From: a virus
Lineage: Duplodnaviria > Heunggongvirae > Uroviricota > Caudoviricetes
DNA length: 64,000 bases
Virus record (IMG/VR): IMGVR_UViG_3300027782_003987
Location: 27,069 to 91,068 of that record
Strand: one strand, 5' to 3'
The position numbers and the translations under genes are program-made. This document shows, piece after piece, positions 48,641 to 56,000 of this stretch (its first letter is position 1; the number at the start of each line of letters is the position of its first letter). The notes below the pieces were generated by a model. It saw only the letters and a list, made by a program, of their open reading frames with translations, did not search any database and was not told the origin of the DNA.

Positions 48641-48669
48641 ATTATAGCATTTCGGACAATAGCGGTCTA
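48641..48669 (-). promoter_or_regulatory. sigma70-like promoter TAGACC-N17-TATAAT
   Basis: Minus strand reads cggTAGACCgctattgtccgaaatgcTATAATacac. Confidence 0.55.
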
Positions 48670-48743
48670 CCGTTTTTTCAACAGAAAGTTGCGATTTTTC
48701 ACAACTTTTTCTGTTGTTTTTTTACAACAATTAGAGTTGTAAT

Positions 48744-51326
48744 TTATTGAGGAGGTTGAGCAGCGTTTTTCTTGGCTTTTTCTACTACCATTTTCTTAAA
48801 TTCTGTACTACGTGCGGCTACCTCTATGGCTTTTTTCTGAACATCGTATGGTAATGCCTCAAATGTTTCTTTATCAGGAATCAATTTATTCAGCTGGGCA
48901 TCCAACTGTTCCCATTCTTGTAAATCTTGGGGCGATATTCCTGCTGCTGTAGCCGACCTTGGATCAGACTTAATCCACTCCCAAAAAGTGTTTGCTGCAA
49001 TACCCGCAGTAAACAATGCTCCCCACCAACCTACCTTACGGACTCCCCGGCCGAGAAATTTAAGAGCCTCCCAAGATTTAGATAACGCAGATTGTAATCC
49101 ACTAGGAGGAGGAGTAGGAATAGCAGAAGAGCCTCTGGCAGCAGACCGTCCAGCAGCAGCACCAGCAGCAGCACCAGCACCGGCGCCGATAGCAGCGCCA
49201 GTTGCCCAATCAGTCCAATCTTCTTTAAATAAGTCTCTGTGTAATGCCATCCGTTCTGTTTCGCTCAGAAGGTGCTGGTTCTTTAGTAGTTCCTTGCGAT
49301 CATTTTCAAATTGCTTCTTCTTTAAGAACTGGTCCAGTTTATCTAATGTGGTGTTGATATCGGGAGTCGCAGCCGGTATCCCATTGGTTGCCCCACTACC
49401 GGCAGGAGCAGGTTCAGCAGAGGCAGGTGCAGCAGGAGCAGGAGCAGGTGCAGCAGGAGCAGGTTTCTGGCTGCTCGGCTGTGCTAGTGCTGCCTTGGCT
49501 GCTTTCGTCACTGTATCAATTCTGGCTCGGAGTTCGGGCGTGATTTCGGAAGGATTGTTTTTAACAAAATCTTCAATGATAGCTAGATTCTGTGTGATAG
49601 CGGCTCGATCTTCTGCAGTCATTGACGGTGATCCACCGGTGCCATAAAGGCTATCAACAATCTGGTCTGTGATAGCATTTACAGAGTCGCCTAGTAAGTA
49701 ACTAGCCGCGATACCACCTGCACCACCAGCAACAAATCCAATCAAGGCACCTGGTCCAGTTACAGCACCGGCTATCGCGGCACCAAGTATAGCGCCTACC
49801 CAGAACAATCCAAACTCATTTACCAATCTAGCAACAATCTTAGCCACTGCGGCACGATATTGATCTTCGGGCATACTGGTATCAAGAGCCGATATCTGTT
49901 TATAGCCTTCCCAGATTGAATAAATGGCAGTGAGTGGCAATGCTGCTTTTGCTGCCAGACCTTTGGCCCCTTTCCAGAGTTTGCTTAATGTCCCAGCTTC
50001 TCCCGCTGCTGCTCCTGCTGCTGCCTGTGTGCCCGGCATTGCTTGAGCTGGACCAGTAGGTTGGCCACTAGGAGTGTTGAATCGATCATAGATCGACGGT
50101 TCAGGTTTTGGCACAGACGTCGCAGTGCGATCTGCCTGGGCCGCGGCTGCACGTTGTAGACGTATGCGTCTTTGTTCCGGAGTCTCATTAGGCGGCGGAG
50201 GTGCTGCTGCCGGTGCCGCTGGCGCTGCTGCTGCCGGCGCCTGACCAGGATCGGGTGGTAGATTTCTAAGATACGCTTCTATCTCATTCCTAGTAGGACG
50301 TTTACGTCTGGCTTCGTCTACTTCACTGTATTCTAACAATGTTCGCCATGCTCGCATCTGACCTGAGGGAGTCAACGGTTCCGTGTGTTCCTTGAGTTTG
50401 GTTTTGTATTTGTTTAGTATTTGTTCGATTGTGGTTAAGGCGGTGTTAACTTTATCTAGACTGACTTTGGTCTCTTTGTTTTCTGCTCCACCTGTGCCGA
50501 GATCGGGGTATTTCTTTGCTATGTCAGGATACTTGGCCATGGCAGCACGAGTAAACTTACCTATCACTCCGTCGATTCCATTACCATCGGGTCCGAATGT
50601 GCCTAGATCAGCGCCGGCTTTTTTAAGCTCTTCTTGCATTTTTTTAATGCGGTCTGATCTTTCACTATTACCAGTTTCACCAGTTTGTGGAACTGGATCA
50701 GGGCGACGATCATCTCCTTGCACAAAATCGTGTTCGAGACCTTTGTGCATCATTTTAGGAGTGCCACATCGGACACAATGAGAGTCACCGCCTAGTTTTG
50801 AGTTGCCCTCTTCGCCGCCTGCGACTGCTACACTACTTGCCGCGCTATCTGCACTTTTTTCTGCACCGCCGTCTTTTGTTTTTTCTGCTGCGGCAGCGAC
50901 CGGGGGCAAAGGCGCATCCTTGACTATACTTGATGTAGTCGGTGCAGCAGAAATCTCTGCATTCTGTCTATCTGTTCCAGCTAGTGCTTTGGCCAGTTTT
51001 TCGAGATCCACAGCAGCTACTGGATATGATCCAAATAATGAAGGCTTCTCTACAGATATGATTTCTAATCCTGCTGCCGCTAATGCTTTTTTTATTTCCT
51101 GGGCTTCTGGTTGTTTTAATAATCCCAAAGTCAATGGTTTGGGATCTGGATCCGGAGAATCAAGGCCTGCTTTTGGGGATTTACGAGGAACATACATAAT
51201 GATCCCAGTTTTGGGATCAATATAGTTGCCGCCATCGGAGCGAGGTTTAATTAGATCCTGAAGAGGATTAACTGTTTCTGCCTCGTTTAAAAGATCGAGG
51301 TATCTGCGGAAAGTATCTGTGCTCAT
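48744..51326 (-). CDS. large Pro/Ala-rich protein with a peptidoglycan-binding-like segment, a Cys4 zinc-ribbon-like motif and a Gly-zipper membrane segment (possible ejection, lysis or internal virion protein)
   Basis: 860 aa. GIDGVIGKFTRAAMAKYP resembles PG_binding_1. HCVRCGTPKMMHKGLEH. GAILGAAIAGAVTGPGALIGFVAGGAGGIAASYLLG. Long AP-rich linkers. Confidence 0.55.
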   Translation of the reverse strand: MSTDTFRRYLDLLNEAETVNPLQDLIKPRSDGGNYIDPKTGIIMYVPRKSPKAGLDSPDPDPKPLTLGLLKQPEAQEIKKALAAAGLEIISVEKPSLFGSYPVAAVDLEKLAKALAGTDRQNAEISAAPTTSSIVKDAPLPPVAAAAEKTKDGGAEKSADSAASSVAVAGGEEGNSKLGGDSHCVRCGTPKMMHKGLEHDFVQGDDRRPDPVPQTGETGNSERSDRIKKMQEELKKAGADLGTFGPDGNGIDGVIGKFTRAAMAKYPDIAKKYPDLGTGGAENKETKVSLDKVNTALTTIEQILNKYKTKLKEHTEPLTPSGQMRAWRTLLEYSEVDEARRKRPTRNEIEAYLRNLPPDPGQAPAAAAPAAPAAAPPPPNETPEQRRIRLQRAAAAQADRTATSVPKPEPSIYDRFNTPSGQPTGPAQAMPGTQAAAGAAAGEAGTLSKLWKGAKGLAAKAALPLTAIYSIWEGYKQISALDTSMPEDQYRAAVAKIVARLVNEFGLFWVGAILGAAIAGAVTGPGALIGFVAGGAGGIAASYLLGDSVNAITDQIVDSLYGTGGSPSMTAEDRAAITQNLAIIEDFVKNNPSEITPELRARIDTVTKAAKAALAQPSSQKPAPAAPAPAPAAPASAEPAPAGSGATNGIPAATPDINTTLDKLDQFLKKKQFENDRKELLKNQHLLSETERMALHRDLFKEDWTDWATGAAIGAGAGAAAGAAAGRSAARGSSAIPTPPPSGLQSALSKSWEALKFLGRGVRKVGWWGALFTAGIAANTFWEWIKSDPRSATAAGISPQDLQEWEQLDAQLNKLIPDKETFEALPYDVQKKAIEVAARSTEFKKMVVEKAKKNAAQPPQ

Positions 51327-51362
51327 GAAGATATTTATCTTTTTCCATGAGCACAGTATAGA

Positions 51363-51596
51363 TCAATATTTGCGGTGATGACTGCGAGAAACCACATCTT
51401 GCGGCTTGTAAAGCCAACTGCGATCTACAAATCCTTGCTCAATTTCGCGCAGAGCAGTTACAGCGTGGCTGGAAACTTTGGTAACTTTGGGCATGTCTCC
51501 ACGGGCTAATTCTCGGGCTCGACGTGCTGCGACCAGCACCATTTCGTAACGGTTTCCGATCATTGCTACTGCGTTTTGACTGGTGATTCTTGCCAT
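51363..51596 (-). CDS. rpoZ: RNA polymerase omega subunit (RpoZ)-like protein
   Basis: [29 protein letters not shown]...ALREIEQG aligns to bacterial RpoZ ([29 protein letters not shown]...ALREIEEG). Confidence 0.6.
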   Translation of the reverse strand: [77 protein letters not shown]

Positions 51597-51647
51597 GGGT
51601 TTCTCCTAGAGGTTGTTGATAGTTACAGTATACAGCAAATTCACCGG

Positions 51648-51971
51648 CTAGTCAATCTTATTGTAGCCAATTTTATTCTTAGTCACCATCAGGTCATCGG
51701 TGCAGCCGGTGCATCTTGATCGATTGCATATAGTAGGTTGATCAAGTAATCGCCACCCGGAGGTTAGATTACCCAAGTGGTCATTTTGGCATTGCCCACC
51801 ATATACATTGTTGTCAGTGTCTATGTAGAGCCTGCTGTAACCAACTTCGCACTCCCATCCTGACCAATGGTCTAGATCTTGGTTGTGTAGCCAATTTGCA
51901 TCAACACGATATCTCTGTGAATCAGACAATACCAGTTCGCAATTATAAAATTCATGTGTTGGGTATTGCAA
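51648..51971 (-). CDS. SPASM/twitch-like Cys-rich domain ORF, probably the frameshifted C-terminus of the upstream rSAM gene (PqqE-like)
   Basis: CEVGYSRLYIDTDNNVYGGQC...HLGNLTSGW...CNRSRCTGC fits the SPASM consensus. Only a TTG start is available and it overlaps the rSAM ORF by 20 nt in another frame. Confidence 0.45.
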   Translation of the reverse strand: MQYPTHEFYNCELVLSDSQRYRVDANWLHNQDLDHWSGWECEVGYSRLYIDTDNNVYGGQCQNDHLGNLTSGWRLLDQPTICNRSRCTGCTDDLMVTKNKIGYNKID

Positions 51972-52584
51972 GATTCAATTTACCTTTCATGATAGGGATC
52001 GCACGGGTCTGAAAGCCATAATCAATTTCGTTAACATTGTGGCTTATGTTGTGATCTGTCAGCAACTTTTGATAGTGTGGAATCCGATCTTGATTCCATG
52101 TTTCATTCATGATGTTCACATGTATGAATTTATCACTATGGATGTTTTTGTGTAGTTTGACAACGGTATCAAAGAACCTTTGTTCGTTGATATGTTCTGT
52201 GTGGGTGCTAAATGATATGTTGTCCACAACTTCAAACAATTTGAGATAATAATTGTAGGTCGCACTACCATTAGTAGTTAGTAATATTTGCTTTATGTTG
52301 TCTGCGTATTCTTCTCGTAACCATCGTATCAATGGATAAAATGCTCGATTACCAGTGACCTCTCCGCCGGTAAAACCGATCTTGTATTTGAGGTTGCGAT
52401 GACTGCTTTGATTATAGATGCTGATCCAATTGGATTTAAGCTCATCTAGGCTCTTGTGTTTGCTGGTATCGTCATGCCACTGAGTAGGGCAATACATACA
52501 ATCGTAATTACATCGACGACCTAGTTCCCAAGTGATTGAGAAACACTTGTCTGTGGGTAATATCTTTACTAGTTCCGGCTGCAT
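51952..52584 (-). CDS. radical SAM enzyme core (PqqE-like, lacking a SPASM domain in this frame)
   Basis: CNYDCMYC CxxxCxxC and GFTGGEVT GGE motif. The local pattern ITWELGRRCNYDCMYCPT resembles PqqE LAELTYRCPLQCPYCSN. Confidence 0.7.
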   Translation of the reverse strand: MQPELVKILPTDKCFSITWELGRRCNYDCMYCPTQWHDDTSKHKSLDELKSNWISIYNQSSHRNLKYKIGFTGGEVTGNRAFYPLIRWLREEYADNIKQILLTTNGSATYNYYLKLFEVVDNISFSTHTEHINEQRFFDTVVKLHKNIHSDKFIHVNIMNETWNQDRIPHYQKLLTDHNISHNVNEIDYGFQTRAIPIMKGKLNLAIPNT

Positions 52585-52593
52585 CTTTGTTAC

Positions 52594-52839
52594 TTACCAC
52601 TCAACTAATTTCTTGATATCTTTGTGCTTGACGATGATGATGTTGTGTATCCGATCTTGGAACTGTATGGGTAGGTCGAGATGGATGGATATCTGAGGAC
52701 CGTTAGCTTCGTTGATCACTGTGTCATTGCCCACAGAGCCAACAAAGGGAATCTTGTTCCAATGGCCGAACACACGGTCGCCGATCCAGTATTTTGGCTT
52801 GTAACCTTTTTCGTTGAAGTAATCTGATTGGGTTCCCAT
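52594..52839 (-). CDS. hypothetical 81-aa protein between the precursor peptide and the rSAM gene (candidate peptide-binding partner)
   Basis: Position only; no recognisable motif. Confidence 0.4.
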   Translation of the reverse strand: MGTQSDYFNEKGYKPKYWIGDRVFGHWNKIPFVGSVGNDTVINEANGPQISIHLDLPIQFQDRIHNIIIVKHKDIKKLVEW

Positions 52840-52875
52840 AGTGCATTGTAGTATATATCAAACAAAAAGTCAAGA

Positions 52876-52897
52876 AAAAGCCCACCGAAGTGGGCTT
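52876..52897 (-). terminator. attenuator/terminator hairpin directly after the PqqA-like peptide gene
   Basis: Minus strand reads AAGCCCACTTCGGTGGGCTTTTTCTTG. An identical 22-26 nt element recurs at 54139..54160. Confidence 0.55.
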
Positions 52898-52904
52898 GTG
52901 CTTG

Positions 52905-52979
52905 TTAGCGATTCAAAATATACATAGAAATTTCAAATCCGAAACGCATATCGCTTGCTTGTGGTGTAGACCATTTCAT
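52905..52979 (-). CDS. PqqA-like RiPP precursor peptide (24 aa: MKWSTPQASDMRFGFEISMYILNR)
   Basis: Strong SD AAAGGAGAAAATT before the ATG. Aligns to PqqA ([23 protein letters not shown] / [23 protein letters not shown]) with the E-x3-Y cross-link residues and C-terminal NR conserved. Under 60 aa, so absent from the ORF track. Confidence 0.65.
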   Translation of the reverse strand: MKWSTPQASDMRFGFEISMYILNR

Positions 52980-53023
52980 AATTTTCTCCTTTAGAATGAC
53001 ATACTGTCCAAGTATGTATGTGT

Positions 53024-53052
53024 ATTATAACACAAGATTCCTAAAGATAATC
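53024..53052 (-). promoter_or_regulatory. candidate promoter for the PqqA-like cassette (good -10 TATAAT, weak -35)
   Basis: Minus strand reads ...gattatctttaggaatcttgtgtTATAATacacatac. Shares the TATAATACAC box with the other promoters. Confidence 0.35.
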
Positions 53053-53081
53053 ATGATTGTGAGTTAGTGTTACTACTGAGT

Positions 53082-53882
53082 TTACTTGCCACTGTTCATC
53101 ATCAGTGCGTTGAAGTTACTTGGAACAACAATGGTCTGGACCCGGCCGTTCTTAATACCTTCAGAGATATTCAACATGGCCTGTGCCTGCATGAATGCAA
53201 TTGAACTACCTGAGTTGTTGGCCAATGCTGCCATACGACGGCTTTCAGCTTCAGCAGTCTTAACTTCAATTTCTTTCTGCTTTAGTTCGTTCTTGGATTT
53301 AACCAATTCATTAGCACTAGCCACAACCGAATCTGCTGGAACAATGTTACGAATCAACACCTGACTGATGGTGATGCTACCATCCAATTTTTCCTCAGCA
53401 AGATTTCGAATGATCTCTTCCTTGATGAAGTTTTCCATATCGCTACGAGCATCTGCCATATCCAAGGCTTCATGCTTACGAGCAGCTTTGTAGATAGCAT
53501 TACGAGCGTTCTGCACAATGTAGTTGTACATCACATAGGTGTCGCCCCTAAACTCGGCATGGAAGCTCTTGTTCTTAGTGGAGTACAGCTCGGATACTTG
53601 CTGGGGGTTGATGTTGTAGACCACAACTGCGTCGAAGTCTTTCATTGTTGAGTTGTCTTTGGCCACTGGAGTCATATTCTCCAAGGTAACATTGACATCT
53701 TTGATTGGAAAGGTCAGCACTTCTCCAATCAAACTTTGATTAAACGAACCTGGCAAGAGTTCTCCACTCTGAACCTGTTTATCAAACCCAACTCGTACAC
53801 CGACTTCGCCGGTTTCAATACGAGTGCAACCTGTGGCTAGAACAGCCGCAGCCAAAATAGAGAGAGTGAGAATACGCTTCAT
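53082..53882 (-). CDS. SPFH/band-7 (prohibitin/stomatin-like) lipoprotein
   Basis: Lipobox LATGC signal peptide. SPFH-like core with a coiled-coil EIEVKTAEAESRR tail. Confidence 0.6.
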   Translation of the reverse strand: MKRILTLSILAAAVLATGCTRIETGEVGVRVGFDKQVQSGELLPGSFNQSLIGEVLTFPIKDVNVTLENMTPVAKDNSTMKDFDAVVVYNINPQQVSELYSTKNKSFHAEFRGDTYVMYNYIVQNARNAIYKAARKHEALDMADARSDMENFIKEEIIRNLAEEKLDGSITISQVLIRNIVPADSVVASANELVKSKNELKQKEIEVKTAEAESRRMAALANNSGSSIAFMQAQAMLNISEGIKNGRVQTIVVPSNFNALMMNSGK

Positions 53883-53892
53883 TGTGTGTCCT

Positions 53893-54069
53893 TAAAATAA
53901 AATAACGATACCAGTCATTACCGCTAATGCCAGCAGTGAAACAACTATACTATAGAACGCTGTCTTTGTCAATGACCAACGCTCTTTTTCTTCCATCTTT
54001 CGCCAAGCAGTGATACCAAAATGTATCACCACTGCAAAGATAACAAATGCTAACCAAAGTCTAATCATT
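53893..54069 (-). CDS. small two-TM membrane protein (58 aa), possible NfeD-like partner of the SPFH protein
   Basis: AGGAG SD 7 nt before the ATG. Hydrophobic sequence MIRLWLAFVIFAVVIHFGITAW...; immediately upstream of the SPFH gene. Confidence 0.45.
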
Positions 54070-54138
54070 CGGCAACTCCTGAATATGTGTCGTTAACAGT
54101 TTTATTGTACACGAAGAGCCCGGGTGTGTCAACCAAAA

Positions 54139-54160
54139 AAAAGCCCACCGAAGTGGGCTT
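54139..54160 (-). terminator. terminator hairpin after the tmRNA coding piece (plausibly bidirectional)
   Basis: AAAAGCCCACCGAAGTGGGCTT flanked by T-runs on both strands. Identical to the element at 52876. Confidence 0.55.
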
Positions 54161-54174
54161 TGGTTGTTTTGATG

Positions 54175-54560
54175 ACAAGGTAAGTCCTACCTCGGAGATC
54201 ATGCTGCTAGAGCGAAGATCTCATCGTTAGATGCGTTTGCATTTAAAGGTTTTGCGTCTACGGCCGGGAATCCCCAACCCTACGGCTTCTGCTTTGCCGA
54301 GCTGTCCACTCTGTTACTTGTTGCCCTGTCGAAACCATGGCAGGCCCATCAAAAGCATATTGTAAAATCACTTGCGAAAACATCGAAACGCCAAGGTGAT
54401 CGGTCTTTCGAATACACACCGCAATATGCTTGTGGTGGACCTGGCGGGAGTCGAACCCGCGTCCAGAACACTTTTCTCTTTGCTTCATACAGCAATAACT
54501 TTCAACACTATACGGTCTATCCATGCTACTTCTTGGAGAGGTTGCATGTGGTGTACCAGC
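54175..54560 (-). ncRNA. ssrA: two-piece, circularly permuted tmRNA (ssrA): acceptor piece ~54560->54425, intervening hairpin 54424->54348, coding piece 54347->~54175 with tag ANASNDEIFALAA
   Basis: The acceptor piece ends GCGGGTTCGACTCCCGCCAGGTCCACCA (T-arm, acceptor 3' strand and CCA). The coding piece starts GGGCCTGCCATGGTTTCGACAGGG (compare E. coli GGGGCUGAUUCUGGAUUCGACGGG), which pairs with CAGGTCC and includes a G3.U70 pair. The tag frame GCA AAC GCA TCT AAC GAT GAG ATC TTC GCT CTA GCA GCA TGA lies at 54199..54240. A 10-bp inverted repeat (aagcatattg/caatatgctt) brackets the intervening segment. The outer boundaries are approximate. Confidence 0.8.
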
Positions 54561-54764
54561 CCTGAGATTTGATACAATCTAATCTTCTATAGTGCTAACT
54601 CTTATTTATCGCCAAGTTTTTTTAGCGATCCAATGTTGTATCTCTTGCACACGCCACGCTAGTCCCTGGGGCAGTGTGAAAAATATCTTATTACCACTAG
54701 GAGTATACATGGTTTTACCATCGTTGTCAACACCCATCAATCCTATAAACATATCGTCTCCTTT

Positions 54765-55547
54765 TTACAATCGATTCTTATTCTGCCGGGCTAACCAGTG
54801 ATCATAGATCTCGAAATATTGATCTGGATCAACAATGTCAACCAGGTCTGTGATACGAGATCTGAACCGAATTGGATCCAACAGATCACTGAGATCAATG
54901 CTCTCATCAAAATCATATGAACATTCTCGCGGTGGGAATTGCACCCCACCGGCTAGGGCTTGTTCGTGATACCATGCACCCAGTTGTTTATTGCGTCCCA
55001 GTTCAATGAACCATTCACGCTGTTCGGGAGTCTTGGCTGCCGCATTAAGAAAGTTTTCACCAATGTCATCGCGGGTGAGATAGTCGTCGGCATCCAGCAC
55101 TTTGTAGCAGAATGAATCTAACACAAATAGCCAATGCTGTTTATAATAGGTCACACCAATGAGTTTTACACGATCCTTGAAATGTGATTTGATCAGTCTT
55201 GCTTGTTCAATGTCGCATACGTTAAAGAAAAATGGTTTCTCTAAGTTGGATACCCGTTCTAGATCCTGTTGCCAGTTACGACTATACCAATGTCGATACG
55301 GTGTGCAGGGAAACTGCTCTAATACAGAGTTATCCCAAGTCACAGTGGCTCTACCAGCAGCATTGATTCCGCTGTATCTCACAGCAGAAATGATATCAGG
55401 ATTCAAGGTCCAGGCAGTGCTGATGATGTCGCCACCTGAACCTGCGGTATGGTATAGGATGGTTCCTGTTTGCATTGTTTTATTTAGTGGTGCTCCTAAC
55501 AAGAATTGAACTTGTAGCTCGCCCTTACCAAGGGCGTGTATTGCCAT
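54765..55547 (-). CDS. hypothetical protein, possibly glycosyltransferase-like (DxD VLDADDYL)
   Basis: 260-aa ORF. The true start may be the internal MQTGTILY. Confidence 0.45.
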   Translation of the reverse strand: MAIHALGKGELQVQFLLGAPLNKTMQTGTILYHTAGSGGDIISTAWTLNPDIISAVRYSGINAAGRATVTWDNSVLEQFPCTPYRHWYSRNWQQDLERVSNLEKPFFFNVCDIEQARLIKSHFKDRVKLIGVTYYKQHWLFVLDSFCYKVLDADDYLTRDDIGENFLNAAAKTPEQREWFIELGRNKQLGAWYHEQALAGGVQFPPRECSYDFDESIDLSDLLDPIRFRSRITDLVDIVDPDQYFEIYDHWLARQNKNRL

Positions 55548-55565
55548 TATACTATAGGAGCATGT

Positions 55566-55640
55566 TGGTCTCCGCGACCAGAATTGAACTGATATTTAAG
55601 TCTTAGGAGGACCTCGTTCTATCCTTTGAACTACACGGAG
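55566..55640 (-). tRNA. tRNA-Arg (anticodon CCU)
   Basis: Manual fold: acceptor CTCCGTG/CGCGGAG (C1-G72), D-arm GTTC-AAAGGATA-GAAC, anticodon loop CTCCTAA, T-arm ATCAG-TTCAATT-CTGGT, CCA encoded. Confidence 0.65.
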
Positions 55641-55645
55641 CGGAA

Positions 55646-55720
55646 TGGCCGGCCCTGAGAGGATCGAACTCCCACCTCCGGGTTCGAAGCCCGGAATGAT
55701 ATCCATTTCACCAAAGGCCG
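55646..55720 (-). tRNA. tRNA-Arg (anticodon UCG)
   Basis: Manual fold: acceptor CGGCCTT/AGGGCCG, anticodon arm CCGGG-CTTCGAA-CCCGG, T-arm GGGAG-TTCGATC-CTCTC, CCA encoded. Confidence 0.65.
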
Positions 55721-55790
55721 ATGTAAAAGAACCCTGCCGTAACATGCAACATTAGAAGAGGTTGCATGCCAGAGGGCAGAGCCGTGTTGT

Positions 55791-55878
55791 TGGCGGAAGC
55801 GGTGAGATTCGAACTCACGGACCCTTGCGAATCGCTAGTTTTCAAGACTAGAGCCATAGACCACTCGACCACACTTCC
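55791..55878 (-). tRNA. tRNA-Ser (anticodon UGA), type II
   Basis: Acceptor GGAAGTG/CGCTTCC, anticodon loop CTTGAAA, long variable arm, T-arm GTGAG-TTCGAAT-CTCAC, CCA encoded. Confidence 0.7.
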
Positions 55879-55886
55879 TGGATTGT

Positions 55887-55961
55887 TGGAGCGGGCAACG
55901 AGAATCGAACTCGTAACTTAACTTTGGCAAAGTTATGTGTTACCACTAGCACCATGCCCGC
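55887..55961 (-). tRNA. tRNA-Gly (anticodon GCC)
   Basis: Acceptor GCGGGCA/TGCCCGC, anticodon loop TTGCCAA, T-arm ACGAG-TTCGATT-CTCGT, CCA encoded. Confidence 0.7.
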
Positions 55962-55971
55962 TTATGTTGTT

Positions 55972-56000
55972 ATTATATATTCAAATTTGATTGATGTCAA
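55972..56000 (-). promoter_or_regulatory. consensus sigma70 promoter TTGACA-N17-TATAAT driving the tRNA block Gly-Ser-Arg-Arg
   Basis: Minus strand reads TTGACAtcaatcaaatttgaataTATAAT. The -10 ends about 10 nt before the tRNA-Gly 5' end, and the element overlaps the 3' end of the rSAM ORF. Confidence 0.6.

Noticed and set aside
48988-51225. Plus-strand ORFs 48988..49647, 50383..50781 and 50803..51225 (Ala/Gly/Pro-rich).
   Set aside because: They are antisense to the 860-aa Pro/Ala-rich gene and are low-complexity mirror ORFs.
55681-55700. Plus-strand T-arm-like hairpin CCGGGTTCGAAGCCCGG, suggesting a plus-strand tRNA.
   Set aside because: It is the anticodon arm (CCGGG-CTTCGAA-CCCGG) of the minus-strand tRNA-Arg(UCG). 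No plus-strand acceptor stem exists.
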